Counted from the stretch's first letter, positions 20,761-30,422 are shown. The stretch is DNA of 64,000 nucleotides from Desulfurococcales archaeon (GCA_027022365.1 JALVYU010000026.1:64001-128000), one strand, 5' to 3'. The notes: generated by a model not told the origin, from the letters alone. A program made the numbers and translations.

Positions 20761-21837
20761 TTAGTTGACCCCTTCATATTTAACTATTAGCATATCTGAA
20801 GTAAACGCTATTGGAAAAAGATTAAGTTCTTCAGAAATTTTAACTATTTCTTCTTTTATAGCGTTTAAGATAATATTGTTTAATAGTTTGTCTTTCTTTT
20901 GATGAATATTGATTATATAATTAGCTGTTTCCTGTATAGTATATAAATTAAAGTCAGGAATAATTTCAATTATATTAAATCCCTCATTAAGTATATTTTC
21001 AACAATCTTCCTTTTATCTTTTGAAGCTACGTAGGGATACATTATATAGCCCTTTCTAAGACCATTAATCTTAAGAGCTTCTTTTCCACGTTTTATCCAA
21101 GTTAATAACTCTTTCATTGAATAATACGGATCGCATTCAAAGATATCGAAACGTCCTACGAGATCACGAGGTAAGGGATCAAATAGATCGTGATGTACTG
21201 TTTCTAGTGAAATTCCGTATTTATTTCCAATTTTGTTTAATTTATCTAATAAATCGGAATCCAAATCGATGACATATATTTTTAGATCAATTTCGTATTT
21301 TTTGAATAATATGCCAAGAGCAATGCTAAGACAATCATCATCGCCCAACATTACAGCATTTTTGAGTTCGAAACCATTATCGATTAATATTTTAATAGCT
21401 CTATTTACTATCGAATAAACATGTGCAGGGTATTGATTTAAATGACGTTTCAGTTTTATAGAGTTTCGAACATCATTTATCGCAGTTATTATTTCATAAA
21501 AAGTTTCTGAAGGAATATTTAATAACAATCTATTGTTAAGTGTTATTATTTTTTCTTCTTTAAGTATCTTCAATAAAGTATAAGAAGGTAAAATTCCTAT
21601 TTTTCTGACTATGTCACAAATAGACTTAAAATCAGAATTAGAAATAATAACTCTTGTCATGCATTCATAAAATATCTCATAAGGTATTTTTGAATAAAGA
21701 GCATTCCTTATTTCCTCTATATCTTTATATGTATTCGTATAAAGATATATTCCTATTTTTTCGAAGATCCTTATTATATATTTGGTTAATTGGTTAATGA
21801 ACGCATTATAGAGTTTATAACTCGTATTTGAATCCAT
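20761..21837 (-). CDS. BpsA-like (branched-chain polyamine synthase / DUF43) SAM-dependent transferase
   Basis: MLGDDDCLSIAL, VIDLD, HDLFDPLP, FDIFECDP and FNLY motifs typical of the BpsA C-terminal domain. Confidence 0.75.
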   Translation of the reverse strand: MDSNTSYKLYNAFINQLTKYIIRIFEKIGIYLYTNTYKDIEEIRNALYSKIPYEIFYECMTRVIISNSDFKSICDIVRKIGILPSYTLLKILKEEKIITLNNRLLLNIPSETFYEIITAINDVRNSIKLKRHLNQYPAHVYSIVNRAIKILIDNGFELKNAVMLGDDDCLSIALGILFKKYEIDLKIYVIDLDSDLLDKLNKIGNKYGISLETVHHDLFDPLPRDLVGRFDIFECDPYYSMKELLTWIKRGKEALKINGLRKGYIMYPYVASKDKRKIVENILNEGFNIIEIIPDFNLYTIQETANYIINIHQKKDKLLNNIILNAIKEEIVKISEELNLFPIAFTSDMLIVKYEGVN

Positions 21838-21854
21838 AAACTACACCCTATCTA

Positions 21855-22991
21855 TTATATTATGCCTTGATGAAAAAGTTTGTTTGAAAATGATTTTATA
21901 TAATGATATATATATTTCATAAGCTCACATTTATAGGTTACAGGAATATGTATATTGTTATAAAAATATTTACTCTCCAAGGGGCATTCACCACCACAGA
22001 TATTAATAGCTTTACACTTTAGACACTTAGGAATATTTACTGTTAATCTTTCATTCCATGTTTTAAAAGGATCTAATTTATCTAGTTCATTTAAATCCCT
22101 AATATTATTCACATCAATAAATTCAGAAGTTAAGGCAGCACAAGGACTAATGTACCCTCCCGGTGAATAAATAATATGAATACCACATCCAAAACAATCA
22201 GGAATAGGTGGTTCTTTTTTTAAATAATAGGATAGTGCTTCAGTTAACTTAGAGCTTATATAGGCATGCTTCTGGATGCTAACATTTAGTGCGTCCAGAA
22301 GAGCTTTAAATAACATCTGTGGGTCAAGAACTTCGTTTCTATTTCTTGCTATAGGTATATTTAAGTCTATGTACTTTGTTCGAGTAATATTTAATATATG
22401 AATTAGTGATTCTTTTATATGATTAATATTGTGTTTATGTATAGTACATGCTATTCTAAATCTTATATTAAATTTTCTTAAAAGATTAATAGCACTAACT
22501 ATCTCATGATACGAACCTGATCCGTCAGGTTTAATTCTCATGAGATCATTGATATTTTCTGGTCCGTCCAGGGATATTGCTATGTTTATATTTAATTCTT
22601 TTAAAAGTTTCACGATTTTTTCATCTATAAGTGTCCCGTTAGTTATAATAGAGATCGTATACGGGCCAGTATCATGTCTTAATATTATCTTTAATACTTT
22701 TTTAAACAATTCTTTATAGAGGAGAGGCTCTCCTCCATAAAATCTATATACTCTTCTTTTGTTTAAATTATGCCTTATGAACATTTTTAGAAAATATTCA
22801 AACTTATTAAAGTTAAATGTTTCATTTAAATTAAGTTTATGAACCAGATAACAATATCTACATCTAAGGTTACAGTGCCAAGTTGGTATTATATATAATA
22901 CTGAGTATTTTAATGAATCTCTATATTTTTTTATGCTTTTTATTAATTTTGATGTTTCATCGCTCAAAAAGCCAACACCTAGGATCTCCAT
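21855..22991 (-). CDS. radical SAM/SPASM peptide maturase
   Basis: CNLRCRYC, FYGGEPLL, ISLDG; SPASM C...GYISPC...CLKC.....CGGEC. Confidence 0.9.
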   Translation of the reverse strand: MEILGVGFLSDETSKLIKSIKKYRDSLKYSVLYIIPTWHCNLRCRYCYLVHKLNLNETFNFNKFEYFLKMFIRHNLNKRRVYRFYGGEPLLYKELFKKVLKIILRHDTGPYTISIITNGTLIDEKIVKLLKELNINIAISLDGPENINDLMRIKPDGSGSYHEIVSAINLLRKFNIRFRIACTIHKHNINHIKESLIHILNITRTKYIDLNIPIARNRNEVLDPQMLFKALLDALNVSIQKHAYISSKLTEALSYYLKKEPPIPDCFGCGIHIIYSPGGYISPCAALTSEFIDVNNIRDLNELDKLDPFKTWNERLTVNIPKCLKCKAINICGGECPLESKYFYNNIHIPVTYKCELMKYIYHYIKSFSNKLFHQGII

Positions 22992-24024
22992 GGTTTAAGT
23001 CCATATAATAAATATAAGACATTGCTGGACAACCACCACATATCTTTTGGAATTTACAGAATCGGCATTTACCTATAGATTCCCTTGCTACTTGCCTGTA
23101 ATATATGATCTTTTTCTTTATAAACAATTTAGTATTTAGAATATTGCCTATAGGGTCAGGTATATATAAGCAAGGAAGGATTGTTCCATCAGGCATCATA
23201 TATATCTTAGATATACACATGCCACAATATTTCTCTAAGTTGAACGTTTCTTTTATTCTTGTTGTATTAATTTGTTCTAATTGTTTATTATATTTTTTAA
23301 GGATATATGGAACTATAAAAGGAATGGTAGTTTTTACTTTAAAATCATTACGACCGTTGAACATATATTGAATATTTTTCTTAATAATAATTTCAAATAA
23401 TCTTTCATAATCTTTTTTATTTAGTATAATATCTTTAAGATTCTTGGCGCGACCTACCGGGATCAAATCGGTTAAAACGATGCCTTTAGAACCTATATTA
23501 TAAGCAAAATCGCAAAGACTATCTACATAGTTCAAATTCGTTTTTGTGACAACAGATGCAATACTAAAAGGTATTTCGTGCTTTTTTAATAATTTTAAAG
23601 TTCTTAGAACTTTTTTGAAAGTACCTCTGCCCCTGAACACATCATTTATATATTCTAATGGTGCATCCAGACTTATGATTATATCTATATAATCTTTTTC
23701 TTTAGCTAATAAATTGACAAATTGTTCTTTAATCAAAGTTCCATTAGTATTGATTCCTACCCTTATACCATAATCAATAAGTCTTTTAACTATTTCCGTA
23801 AATTGATTACATAAAAAGGGTTCTCCTCCAGTTATACCTATTTCTTTTATATTTAAATTTGAAAGTTTTTCCACGATTTCTAACTTTATACCATAATTGA
23901 TTTCTTTGAATAATTTACTTAAATAAACATTTGAACAATATGAGCAGTTTAAATTACACCTGAAAGTAACAACCCAAGTTATGTATTTAATATTTTTTAA
24001 AAAATCATATATTTTTTCATGCAT
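22957..24024 (-). CDS. radical SAM/SPASM enzyme
   Basis: CNLNCSYC, TGGEPF; SPASM CGMC...DGTILPC...CRFC.....CGGC...DPRC. Confidence 0.9.
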   Translation of the reverse strand: MHEKIYDFLKNIKYITWVVTFRCNLNCSYCSNVYLSKLFKEINYGIKLEIVEKLSNLNIKEIGITGGEPFLCNQFTEIVKRLIDYGIRVGINTNGTLIKEQFVNLLAKEKDYIDIIISLDAPLEYINDVFRGRGTFKKVLRTLKLLKKHEIPFSIASVVTKTNLNYVDSLCDFAYNIGSKGIVLTDLIPVGRAKNLKDIILNKKDYERLFEIIIKKNIQYMFNGRNDFKVKTTIPFIVPYILKKYNKQLEQINTTRIKETFNLEKYCGMCISKIYMMPDGTILPCLYIPDPIGNILNTKLFIKKKIIYYRQVARESIGKCRFCKFQKICGGCPAMSYIYYMDLNHGDPRCWLFER

Positions 24025-24053
24025 CTGTAGATCACTATTTAATATTATAGATA

Positions 24054-24194
24054 TTATGTTACGCCAGGACTAATTTGACACTTGCATTTAGCACATGCAG
24101 TCAATACATTATTTATTATCAACTTTAATACATCATCTTTATTGATAATAATTTCCTCCTCCGAAATTTTTGGATTAGCTAACTCAGCCAACAT
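24054..24194 (-). CDS. putative RiPP precursor peptide, 46 aa: MLAELANPKISEEEIIINKDDVLKLIINNVLTACAKCKCQISPGVT
   Basis: Hand-translated; GGTGA RBS and TTTATATA box upstream; first gene of the rSAM operon; acidic leader plus C-terminal CxxCxC core. Confidence 0.8.
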   Translation of the reverse strand: MLAELANPKISEEEIIINKDDVLKLIINNVLTACAKCKCQISPGVT

Positions 24195-24196
24195 TG

Positions 24197-24234
24197 TCAC
24201 CTAATTTATTGAAATGTTTCATATTATATATAAA
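24197..24234 (-). promoter_or_regulatory. TATA box (24227-34) and GGTGA RBS (24197-201) of the precursor gene
   Basis: TTTATATA lies 33 nt upstream of the ATG at 24194. Confidence 0.6.
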
Positions 24235-24321
24235 ATTTATTGTTGGTCTTAGTTCAGTGTTATTAAGATAATTTATAAATACCATAATTGAAATATAGAG
24301 AACGAAGTACCAATAATATGG

Positions 24322-25665
24322 TTGCTTGACCAAGAATATTGGATATTAATTGATATACTGATCTTATATGATATTGGTGAAATAATGTTTAGAAGAACGT
24401 ATGTATCATCGCTTTTTCTCGTATTGGTTGTTACTGTTGTTTTGCGGAGTATTGGTGATGTTGTTGAGGAGGTTACTGTTCCTTGGCAGGTGCTTGATTT
24501 TACGAATAGTATTTTTCTTGTTGGTGGTGTTTTTGTGTCGTATTTGTTGCCTTGGGTTTTTATTCCGTTTATTGCTGGTAGAGTTATTGATATTGCTAGG
24601 AATAAGTCCTTTGTTGTTGCTTTTTGTATGATTATGCAGATCTCGTCTGTTTTATTGATTATGTTCATGCTTTCTACTGGTTTAGAGACCTTATGGTTTC
24701 TCGGAATAGTCTATTTATCAATAATTGTTATAAGTACTACTGACTCTATACATAGGTATTTTGTGTTTACCAGCATTCCTGAACTAGTGGGGAAGAATGA
24801 GGCTCTCCTTAACAAGTTCAATAGTATTACAGAGCTTTCATCGGGAATAGGAACTATAGTCATGTATGTTCTCTGCGGATACTTGGTAGCAGTATATGGT
24901 TATAAGACGCTCTGGATAGACGTTTTATGCTTAACCATTATAGCTCTTCTACTAATCGATCTCAGCAGATCATTCAAAAAGAAACGCTTACGCTTCTACA
25001 AGGGTGCGTCTATGAATAAGGGCAAACAAATAAAATTTAAAGATCTGCTCAGTACTATAAAAAGGGATCCATTGGTGTTTTCTTACCTCGTTGTCGCTCT
25101 GGGTTTCAATTTCTTCACAGCACCCGTTTCTTTAGTTCTGATAAATTATCTTTACAATACCGTCGATGAACCCACTAAGTACTATGGCTTTATCATGGCG
25201 ATTTCAACTCTTGGAGCAATAATAGGTTCTGGCATAGTAGCTACGTATTCTAAAAAACTGAAATATATTTCTTGTATCATTATCGGGTTACTTGGTGAAG
25301 CAGTAGCTGTTGCAGGAGTATATTTCATAATAGCATATTCTAACGAATATTATAATTGGATACTTACCTTGTTATTAGTCACGGGTATGTATATGATAAT
25401 GGCTATTATGGGAGCAGTGCTGAATATAGGAGCTGATACATTGTTTCAAATGAGGATCCCAGAAGAAGTTCTAGGAAGTTTCAGGGGATTATTTGATAGT
25501 TTGGCCACTATTCCTATAGCATTATCATATATAGTTGTATCAACAATACTAGAGACGTGGGGATACACTATTATAACAGCATCACTAATGGGAATAGGAT
25601 CCATAATAATAGCCTTACTATACATAATCGCATATTCTATATTAATAAAGAAATTAAATACATAG
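24322..25665 (+). CDS. MFS transporter (MefA/peptide-export like)
   Basis: ~12 TM helices, AGRVIDIARNK loop, FQMRIPEEVLG; likely start 24385. Confidence 0.85.
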   Translation: MLDQEYWILIDILILYDIGEIMFRRTYVSSLFLVLVVTVVLRSIGDVVEEVTVPWQVLDFTNSIFLVGGVFVSYLLPWVFIPFIAGRVIDIARNKSFVVAFCMIMQISSVLLIMFMLSTGLETLWFLGIVYLSIIVISTTDSIHRYFVFTSIPELVGKNEALLNKFNSITELSSGIGTIVMYVLCGYLVAVYGYKTLWIDVLCLTIIALLLIDLSRSFKKKRLRFYKGASMNKGKQIKFKDLLSTIKRDPLVFSYLVVALGFNFFTAPVSLVLINYLYNTVDEPTKYYGFIMAISTLGAIIGSGIVATYSKKLKYISCIIIGLLGEAVAVAGVYFIIAYSNEYYNWILTLLLVTGMYMIMAIMGAVLNIGADTLFQMRIPEEVLGSFRGLFDSLATIPIALSYIVVSTILETWGYTIITASLMGIGSIIIALLYIIAYSILIKKLNT

Positions 25666-25669
25666 CAGG

Positions 25670-26851
25670 ATGATTATGATGCAAAAGTCTCGTTTAAAAC
25701 ATTTACAGATATTACCAACATTATCGTGTAATATGAACTGTGATTACTGTTACATAAAATTTGCTCCTATGACACAAATTAATTATAAAATGAGTAATGA
25801 TACAGTTGATCTGATAGTTGAATCTATACGCCAAAAAAAGCTTCAATTATCTGATAATGCTACAATTACATTTCTGGGTGGGGAAGTAACTCTTTGTCCA
25901 GAAATTATAGATAGATTTTTTATAAAGCTTCACGACAATCTAAAGAAGAATAAATATATTATCAATATCCAAACTAATGGTTTAGAAATAAGTTCCCTCA
26001 TAGAGATATTACGAAAATTCAAAGATATTTTACCGCAAATAAACATAACGATTAGCATAGATGGTTTTGAAAAAATTCATGACTTTTATAGAAAGGACAA
26101 AAATGGCAACGGGACATTCAAGAGGATCCAAAAGAATTTAATAATGTTATTGAGATTATTGCATCCTAGCAAGATAACTATTCAGTCAACATTAACAAAT
26201 AAAACAAAAAATATTCATAATTTTATAAAAACCTTTCACTCATATGGTATAACAAAATTTCAACTAGTACCTGTAATCACTCCTCCAAGTCTTAGTCATA
26301 TGAGAATTAAACCAACGAATTACCTTGATGAATATATCAAAGTCATCGATTACTATTTTGAGTGCTTAAAAAAAGAAAATCCATTTACAGAAGATTTAAT
26401 ATCTCATTATTTATACAGAATATTGTCTTTAACTAATATCTTGACTAATCCAACTAATTTTCCTGAAAATATATGTCCTATAGGGGTTTCTGTTCTTGCA
26501 ATCGATCCTAAAGGATATGTATATCCCTGTTCAATGTTTGTAGGTTTTAAAGACTATTGTCTCGGAAGGATTGATAATATAGATAAGACTAAAGTAGAAA
26601 ATATAGTTCGGAAAGTAATACAGGGAAGAAGGAAATATTGTAGAAATTGTAAATTAATTAATATCTGTGATCATGGATGCGTAGCAAGAAACCTTATAGA
26701 AAAAAGTGATATAGCTATATTCCCTAAAGAATATTGTAGTATTAAAAGAAATATAATATTATATATTATCAAAAAGCTTTCTAGTATATTACCGAATCTC
26801 AATCCATATTTTCAACATATAGAAAAAGAATTAAGTTTACAGTATTTATGA
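25670..26851 (+). CDS. radical SAM/SPASM peptide maturase (anSME/ranthipeptide-like)
   Basis: CNMNCDYC, FLGGE, ISIDG; SPASM CPIG...GYVYPC...CRNC.....CDHGC...YC. Confidence 0.9.
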   Translation: MIMMQKSRLKHLQILPTLSCNMNCDYCYIKFAPMTQINYKMSNDTVDLIVESIRQKKLQLSDNATITFLGGEVTLCPEIIDRFFIKLHDNLKKNKYIINIQTNGLEISSLIEILRKFKDILPQINITISIDGFEKIHDFYRKDKNGNGTFKRIQKNLIMLLRLLHPSKITIQSTLTNKTKNIHNFIKTFHSYGITKFQLVPVITPPSLSHMRIKPTNYLDEYIKVIDYYFECLKKENPFTEDLISHYLYRILSLTNILTNPTNFPENICPIGVSVLAIDPKGYVYPCSMFVGFKDYCLGRIDNIDKTKVENIVRKVIQGRRKYCRNCKLINICDHGCVARNLIEKSDIAIFPKEYCSIKRNIILYIIKKLSSILPNLNPYFQHIEKELSLQYL

Positions 26852-27321
26852 ATATAATTTTTAAATATCTTTGATAATCTAAGCAAATATTTTTTACCAA
26901 GCAGAGTTCTTTAGAAAATCTATAGCAACTATGTTGCTATAAATAACATCGTATTATATCCTTACAGCTTGACTACGAGAACGTATTCCATAATGTGTCG
27001 TTCAAAATTTACAATGGTCACGATGATTATACCGATTATCAATAAAAAATACTAATAATATAGATATTAACTCTCATATGAATTGACTGATTAATCTTAT
27101 CATAACTACGAAGGACATTGATCTAGCCCTATAGTTTGAGCGTATCGAATAGCCTTAGAAGAATAATGGTCCCGGTTAATATATGCATATACTAGAAGTC
27201 CAAGAATTCTATCTACTAAATTTTCTTGTCGCACCGCTTCCCCTCATTAATATTATAGACCTATATAAGCTGTCAAAACTTCTTCTAACAGGGTATTAAA
27301 TAATAATATACGGATTTGCGT

Positions 27322-29175
27322 CTAATAGGAGTGGGTAATTATATCAAGGGCTTTTTCTAGATCTATTTTTCCACCATACATTTGTATCGTTAATAGTAGT
27401 TTCACTGCCCATTCGCCGTGATGATCTCTTATTTGTGTTAAGAGTCTCTTGTCCAGTCCACGCATCGTGCCTGCAGGTGTTCGTGTTCTAATGTATTTCC
27501 ACAGGTCCGGGCTGTAATAGACCATGCCTTTCTCCAGGTCTACGGATATTAGTCCTACTTCTATTAGCTCGTATAGCTTTTTCCAGCCTGGATGTCTGGT
27601 GTAGTCTTCATATTTGGTCTCCTTGTCTAGTACTAGCTTGTTCTTCTTGAGGGCTTTGATGAGCTCTGGTATTATTTTCTTGATGACTATTTCGCCGCAC
27701 TGTATCACGGCCTGCTTGTAGAGGGGCTCGATAACGTTGACTAGGCCGGCTTCCCATAGTTGTCTTAGTTGTTGCTTGAGTCCTGGGCCTAGGCCTCTCC
27801 ACGCGGCCTCAACGATCTTTTCATAATCCTTCTCGGACAAAGTACATACTACTGGCTGCTTATTGAACACCGTCTCCACTAGAACCCGTTTCAGCCCCGC
27901 CTTAACCTCTGCTATCTCCCGGTGTAACTTGGCTATTGAGCCAGCAACATCTACGTGGGCCTGGAAGAGATTCAATAAGTCCTCAACACTCATCTCATTC
28001 TTTCTCCTACGGATCCTCCTCTCAATTCTCAGCGGTCCATCACCGTCGACACCACCCTTTAGGTAGGCAACCAAGTCCCCGGCCGTGAACTGGCCGGCCC
28101 GGAACTGGAGGCTACCCCTCCACAAATCACAGTGCAGGTCGACACGTAGAACAGATAAATCAACAACCCCAACCTCTACACCAAGAACCCCGGAAAGCTC
28201 CCCAACCAAAGCCTCCAGAAACCCCTCAAGCTCCCCGGGACCACTAAAAGACCCAGAAACAATAACCTCACAACCACCACTATATCCACACAAAACCCTA
28301 ACCCTACGACCCAAAACCTCAAACACAAACCCAAGCTTACCACCCATACCACTACCAACAACCCGAAAACCCCTCCTCGACAAACACACAAAACCACAAT
28401 GCCCCGGAACATACAAAACCAAACCATTAACACCACAAGAACCATCCTCACCACTAACACCGCCAAACCCAGCCGCAGGCGGGGCCCCTCCCCCAGCCTC
28501 CCCGATCACATTTTGCCCGGTATCAGAACCCTTGCTGGCGTCGGGGGCTTTACTACTACATATTAATGGTAATAGTGAACAAATCCTATTGGAAACCCTG
28601 TAGAGTCCCCGCTTAATCCTCTCGACATAGCCTGTTCTACGGAGCCTCCACAGATACTTCTTAACAAGATGGGGATCCAGTTTCAGGTAGAAGGCTAGAG
28701 TAGAAGGAGTAAACACCCGGAGCCTAGCTGCAGCCTCCAGGATCCTGCGGGAGACCATGCCTAGGAGACTAGGTCTAGGATGCCTTGAGACACTACTTGA
28801 GACACCCGGACCAGGAGTCACATCAACTCCATGAGACAAAGGACTAGAAGTCACTTCAAGACCATGAGACACCCTAGCAGAAGTCTCTTCACAACATGAG
28901 ACAACTCCATGAGACACCTGGTTGCTGGAGCACTTCTTCCTAGAGACAGGTAATAAGCCAGCAGCTGTCTCATTATAGGCTATATGAGACATTTGATTAG
29001 ACCTAGACCTCTTCGGAACATAGACTCCCAGAGCGATAAGCTTCCTACGAACCCAATCCTTAGAGATATAGAGGTTAAACCTAGAGGAAACCATACGGGC
29101 TATCTTACGGAGACTAAACCCTTGACGGTAGAGCTCTACGGTATACAAGAGAACAGGATCCAGGGACTGGGCCAA
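27322..29175 (-). CDS. multi-HTH protein, candidate replication initiator/relaxase
   Basis: N-terminal HTH, repeat-rich linker, wHTH (LWRLRRTGYVERIKRGLY), RVDLHCD...YLK...LRIE segment and coiled coil. Confidence 0.55.
   Translation of the reverse strand: MAQSLDPVLLYTVELYRQGFSLRKIARMVSSRFNLYISKDWVRRKLIALGVYVPKRSRSNQMSHIAYNETAAGLLPVSRKKCSSNQVSHGVVSCCEETSARVSHGLEVTSSPLSHGVDVTPGPGVSSSVSRHPRPSLLGMVSRRILEAAARLRVFTPSTLAFYLKLDPHLVKKYLWRLRRTGYVERIKRGLYRVSNRICSLLPLICSSKAPDASKGSDTGQNVIGEAGGGAPPAAGFGGVSGEDGSCGVNGLVLYVPGHCGFVCLSRRGFRVVGSGMGGKLGFVFEVLGRRVRVLCGYSGGCEVIVSGSFSGPGELEGFLEALVGELSGVLGVEVGVVDLSVLRVDLHCDLWRGSLQFRAGQFTAGDLVAYLKGGVDGDGPLRIERRIRRRKNEMSVEDLLNLFQAHVDVAGSIAKLHREIAEVKAGLKRVLVETVFNKQPVVCTLSEKDYEKIVEAAWRGLGPGLKQQLRQLWEAGLVNVIEPLYKQAVIQCGEIVIKKIIPELIKALKKNKLVLDKETKYEDYTRHPGWKKLYELIEVGLISVDLEKGMVYYSPDLWKYIRTRTPAGTMRGLDKRLLTQIRDHHGEWAVKLLLTIQMYGGKIDLEKALDIITHSY
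28786..28991. repeat. iteron-like TGAGACA repeat cluster inside the 617-aa gene
   Basis: TGAGACA at 28786, 28798, 28832, 28865, 28897, 28910 and 28985; AGAGACA at 28942; inverted TGTCTCA at 28966. Confidence 0.75.
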
Positions 29176-29418
29176 AGCAATTACCCCTCGTGACGAGAGA
29201 TGACTATGTAGGCGGAATCACTGTATTTCTTCACGAGTCCTAACCAGCGGGTAACTGGTATGTGCCAAGCCTTGATAATACCTCCACGCCTACGTAGCAC
29301 AACAAGAACCAGCACACCGCGGAAAATGATTTTGACTAAACGCCTCCGAATCAATGCCTTAACCCTCAGGAAACACTTGTACGGCTACGTTTTCCGGGCA
29401 ATATTCTCGAGTAAAGTG

Positions 29419-29574
29419 CTAGGCGTAGGCCTTCGCCCTCCTCTTAGCGAGCAGGTATTTCACCAGGTAGGCTTCAGGACCGAGTCTAGAAAGAACCCTC
29501 TCCACGATAGCCGGATCCTCCTTCTGGATCTCCTCAATAAGTCTCCGGGCCTCCTCGAGGGCCCGCTTATTCAT
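29419..29574 (-). CDS. small helical hypothetical protein, 51 aa (MNKRALEEARRLIEEIQKKDP...)
   Basis: Hand-translated; start overlaps the stop of the upstream gene in the same operon. Confidence 0.5.
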   Translation of the reverse strand: MNKRALEEARRLIEEIQKEDPAIVERVLSRLGPEAYLVKYLLAKRRAKAYA

Positions 29575-30190
29575 TCCCCACAGCCTCTTCGAGGAGGGTC
29601 TTATGCTTGTTAATGATGGAGCGGGCTATGCGGAGGAGCCGATTAAACGTTGTTTCGCTGACGAGGGGTTTCAGCCCATCCAAGTCTCTATAGGAGAAAG
29701 TATAGCGGCCTCGGAGAAGCTCGTAGACGATATAGGATAGCAGGTATCTGCCGCGAATACTCCTATTAATAGCCAGAGGCTCGACTTCCCCGAGAACACC
29801 GATGATCCTGTCAAGGACCGGGCGTAGCCCCCTTTTCTCAAACCAGTCGAGAACCTCGATGCTCTTCCGAGAATACACAGTAAGCACAAACCTGCCCTGC
29901 CTAAGCAGCCTCTCCTCATCCACCATGTACCCCCGACTCGTAATAGACCTGGCGAGCCTGAGTAACCTGTAGTGTTTACGGAGCCTATGCTCAAGCCTCC
30001 TAAGCTCCCTATCGGCCCGGTAACCGTAGCGTCTAAGACGTTTACGCTACTCGATCCTAGCCCATTCCCTGGCCTCCTCCCCTACGTGAACCGGGCCGTA
30101 GTCGTAGATCCTGTCGACAACCTCCCCGGTATCCATGCATACTACTTCTCCACGCGTATAATCCCATATGAGCTGTCTACACTCATCCAT
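29567..30190 (-). pseudogene. TFIIB-type Zn-ribbon protein interrupted by one in-frame TAG (30047-49)
   Basis: MDECRQLIWDYTRGEVVCMDTGEVVDRIYDYG; frame continues past the TAG into ORF 29567-29926. Confidence 0.7.
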
Positions 30191-30422
30191 AGCTATCACC
30201 CAGCTCCTCCACGCACTCCTCCAACAGCTCCCTCTCCAGCCTGCACTCCCTATCCCACTCGAGACTGTGGACCCAGCACTCCAGGAGAGAATCAATAAAT
30301 CCCCTGCACCGAGCCCTGACAACACTGTAAGGCAACCCATACCTATCCGCAAGCTCCAAAACAAGATCCTCAACACGATGCACTAACACGGTTAATGGCT
30401 CGATATACATAAAAGAGATCAC
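30183..30422 (-). CDS. small hypothetical protein
   Basis: Translationally coupled between the wHTH gene and the TFIIB-like gene. Confidence 0.55.
   Translation of the reverse strand: MISFMYIEPLTVLVHRVEDLVLELADRYGLPYSVVRARCRGFIDSLLECWVHSLEWDRECRLERELLEECVEELGDSYG

Noticed and set aside
28085-28603. 172-aa Pro/Thr-rich + strand ORF
   Set aside because: Antisense shadow of the 617-aa gene caused by the A/C-rich tract.
30047-30049. Pyrrolysine recoding of the amber codon
   Set aside because: No pyl genes in the window, and many genes here end in TAG.
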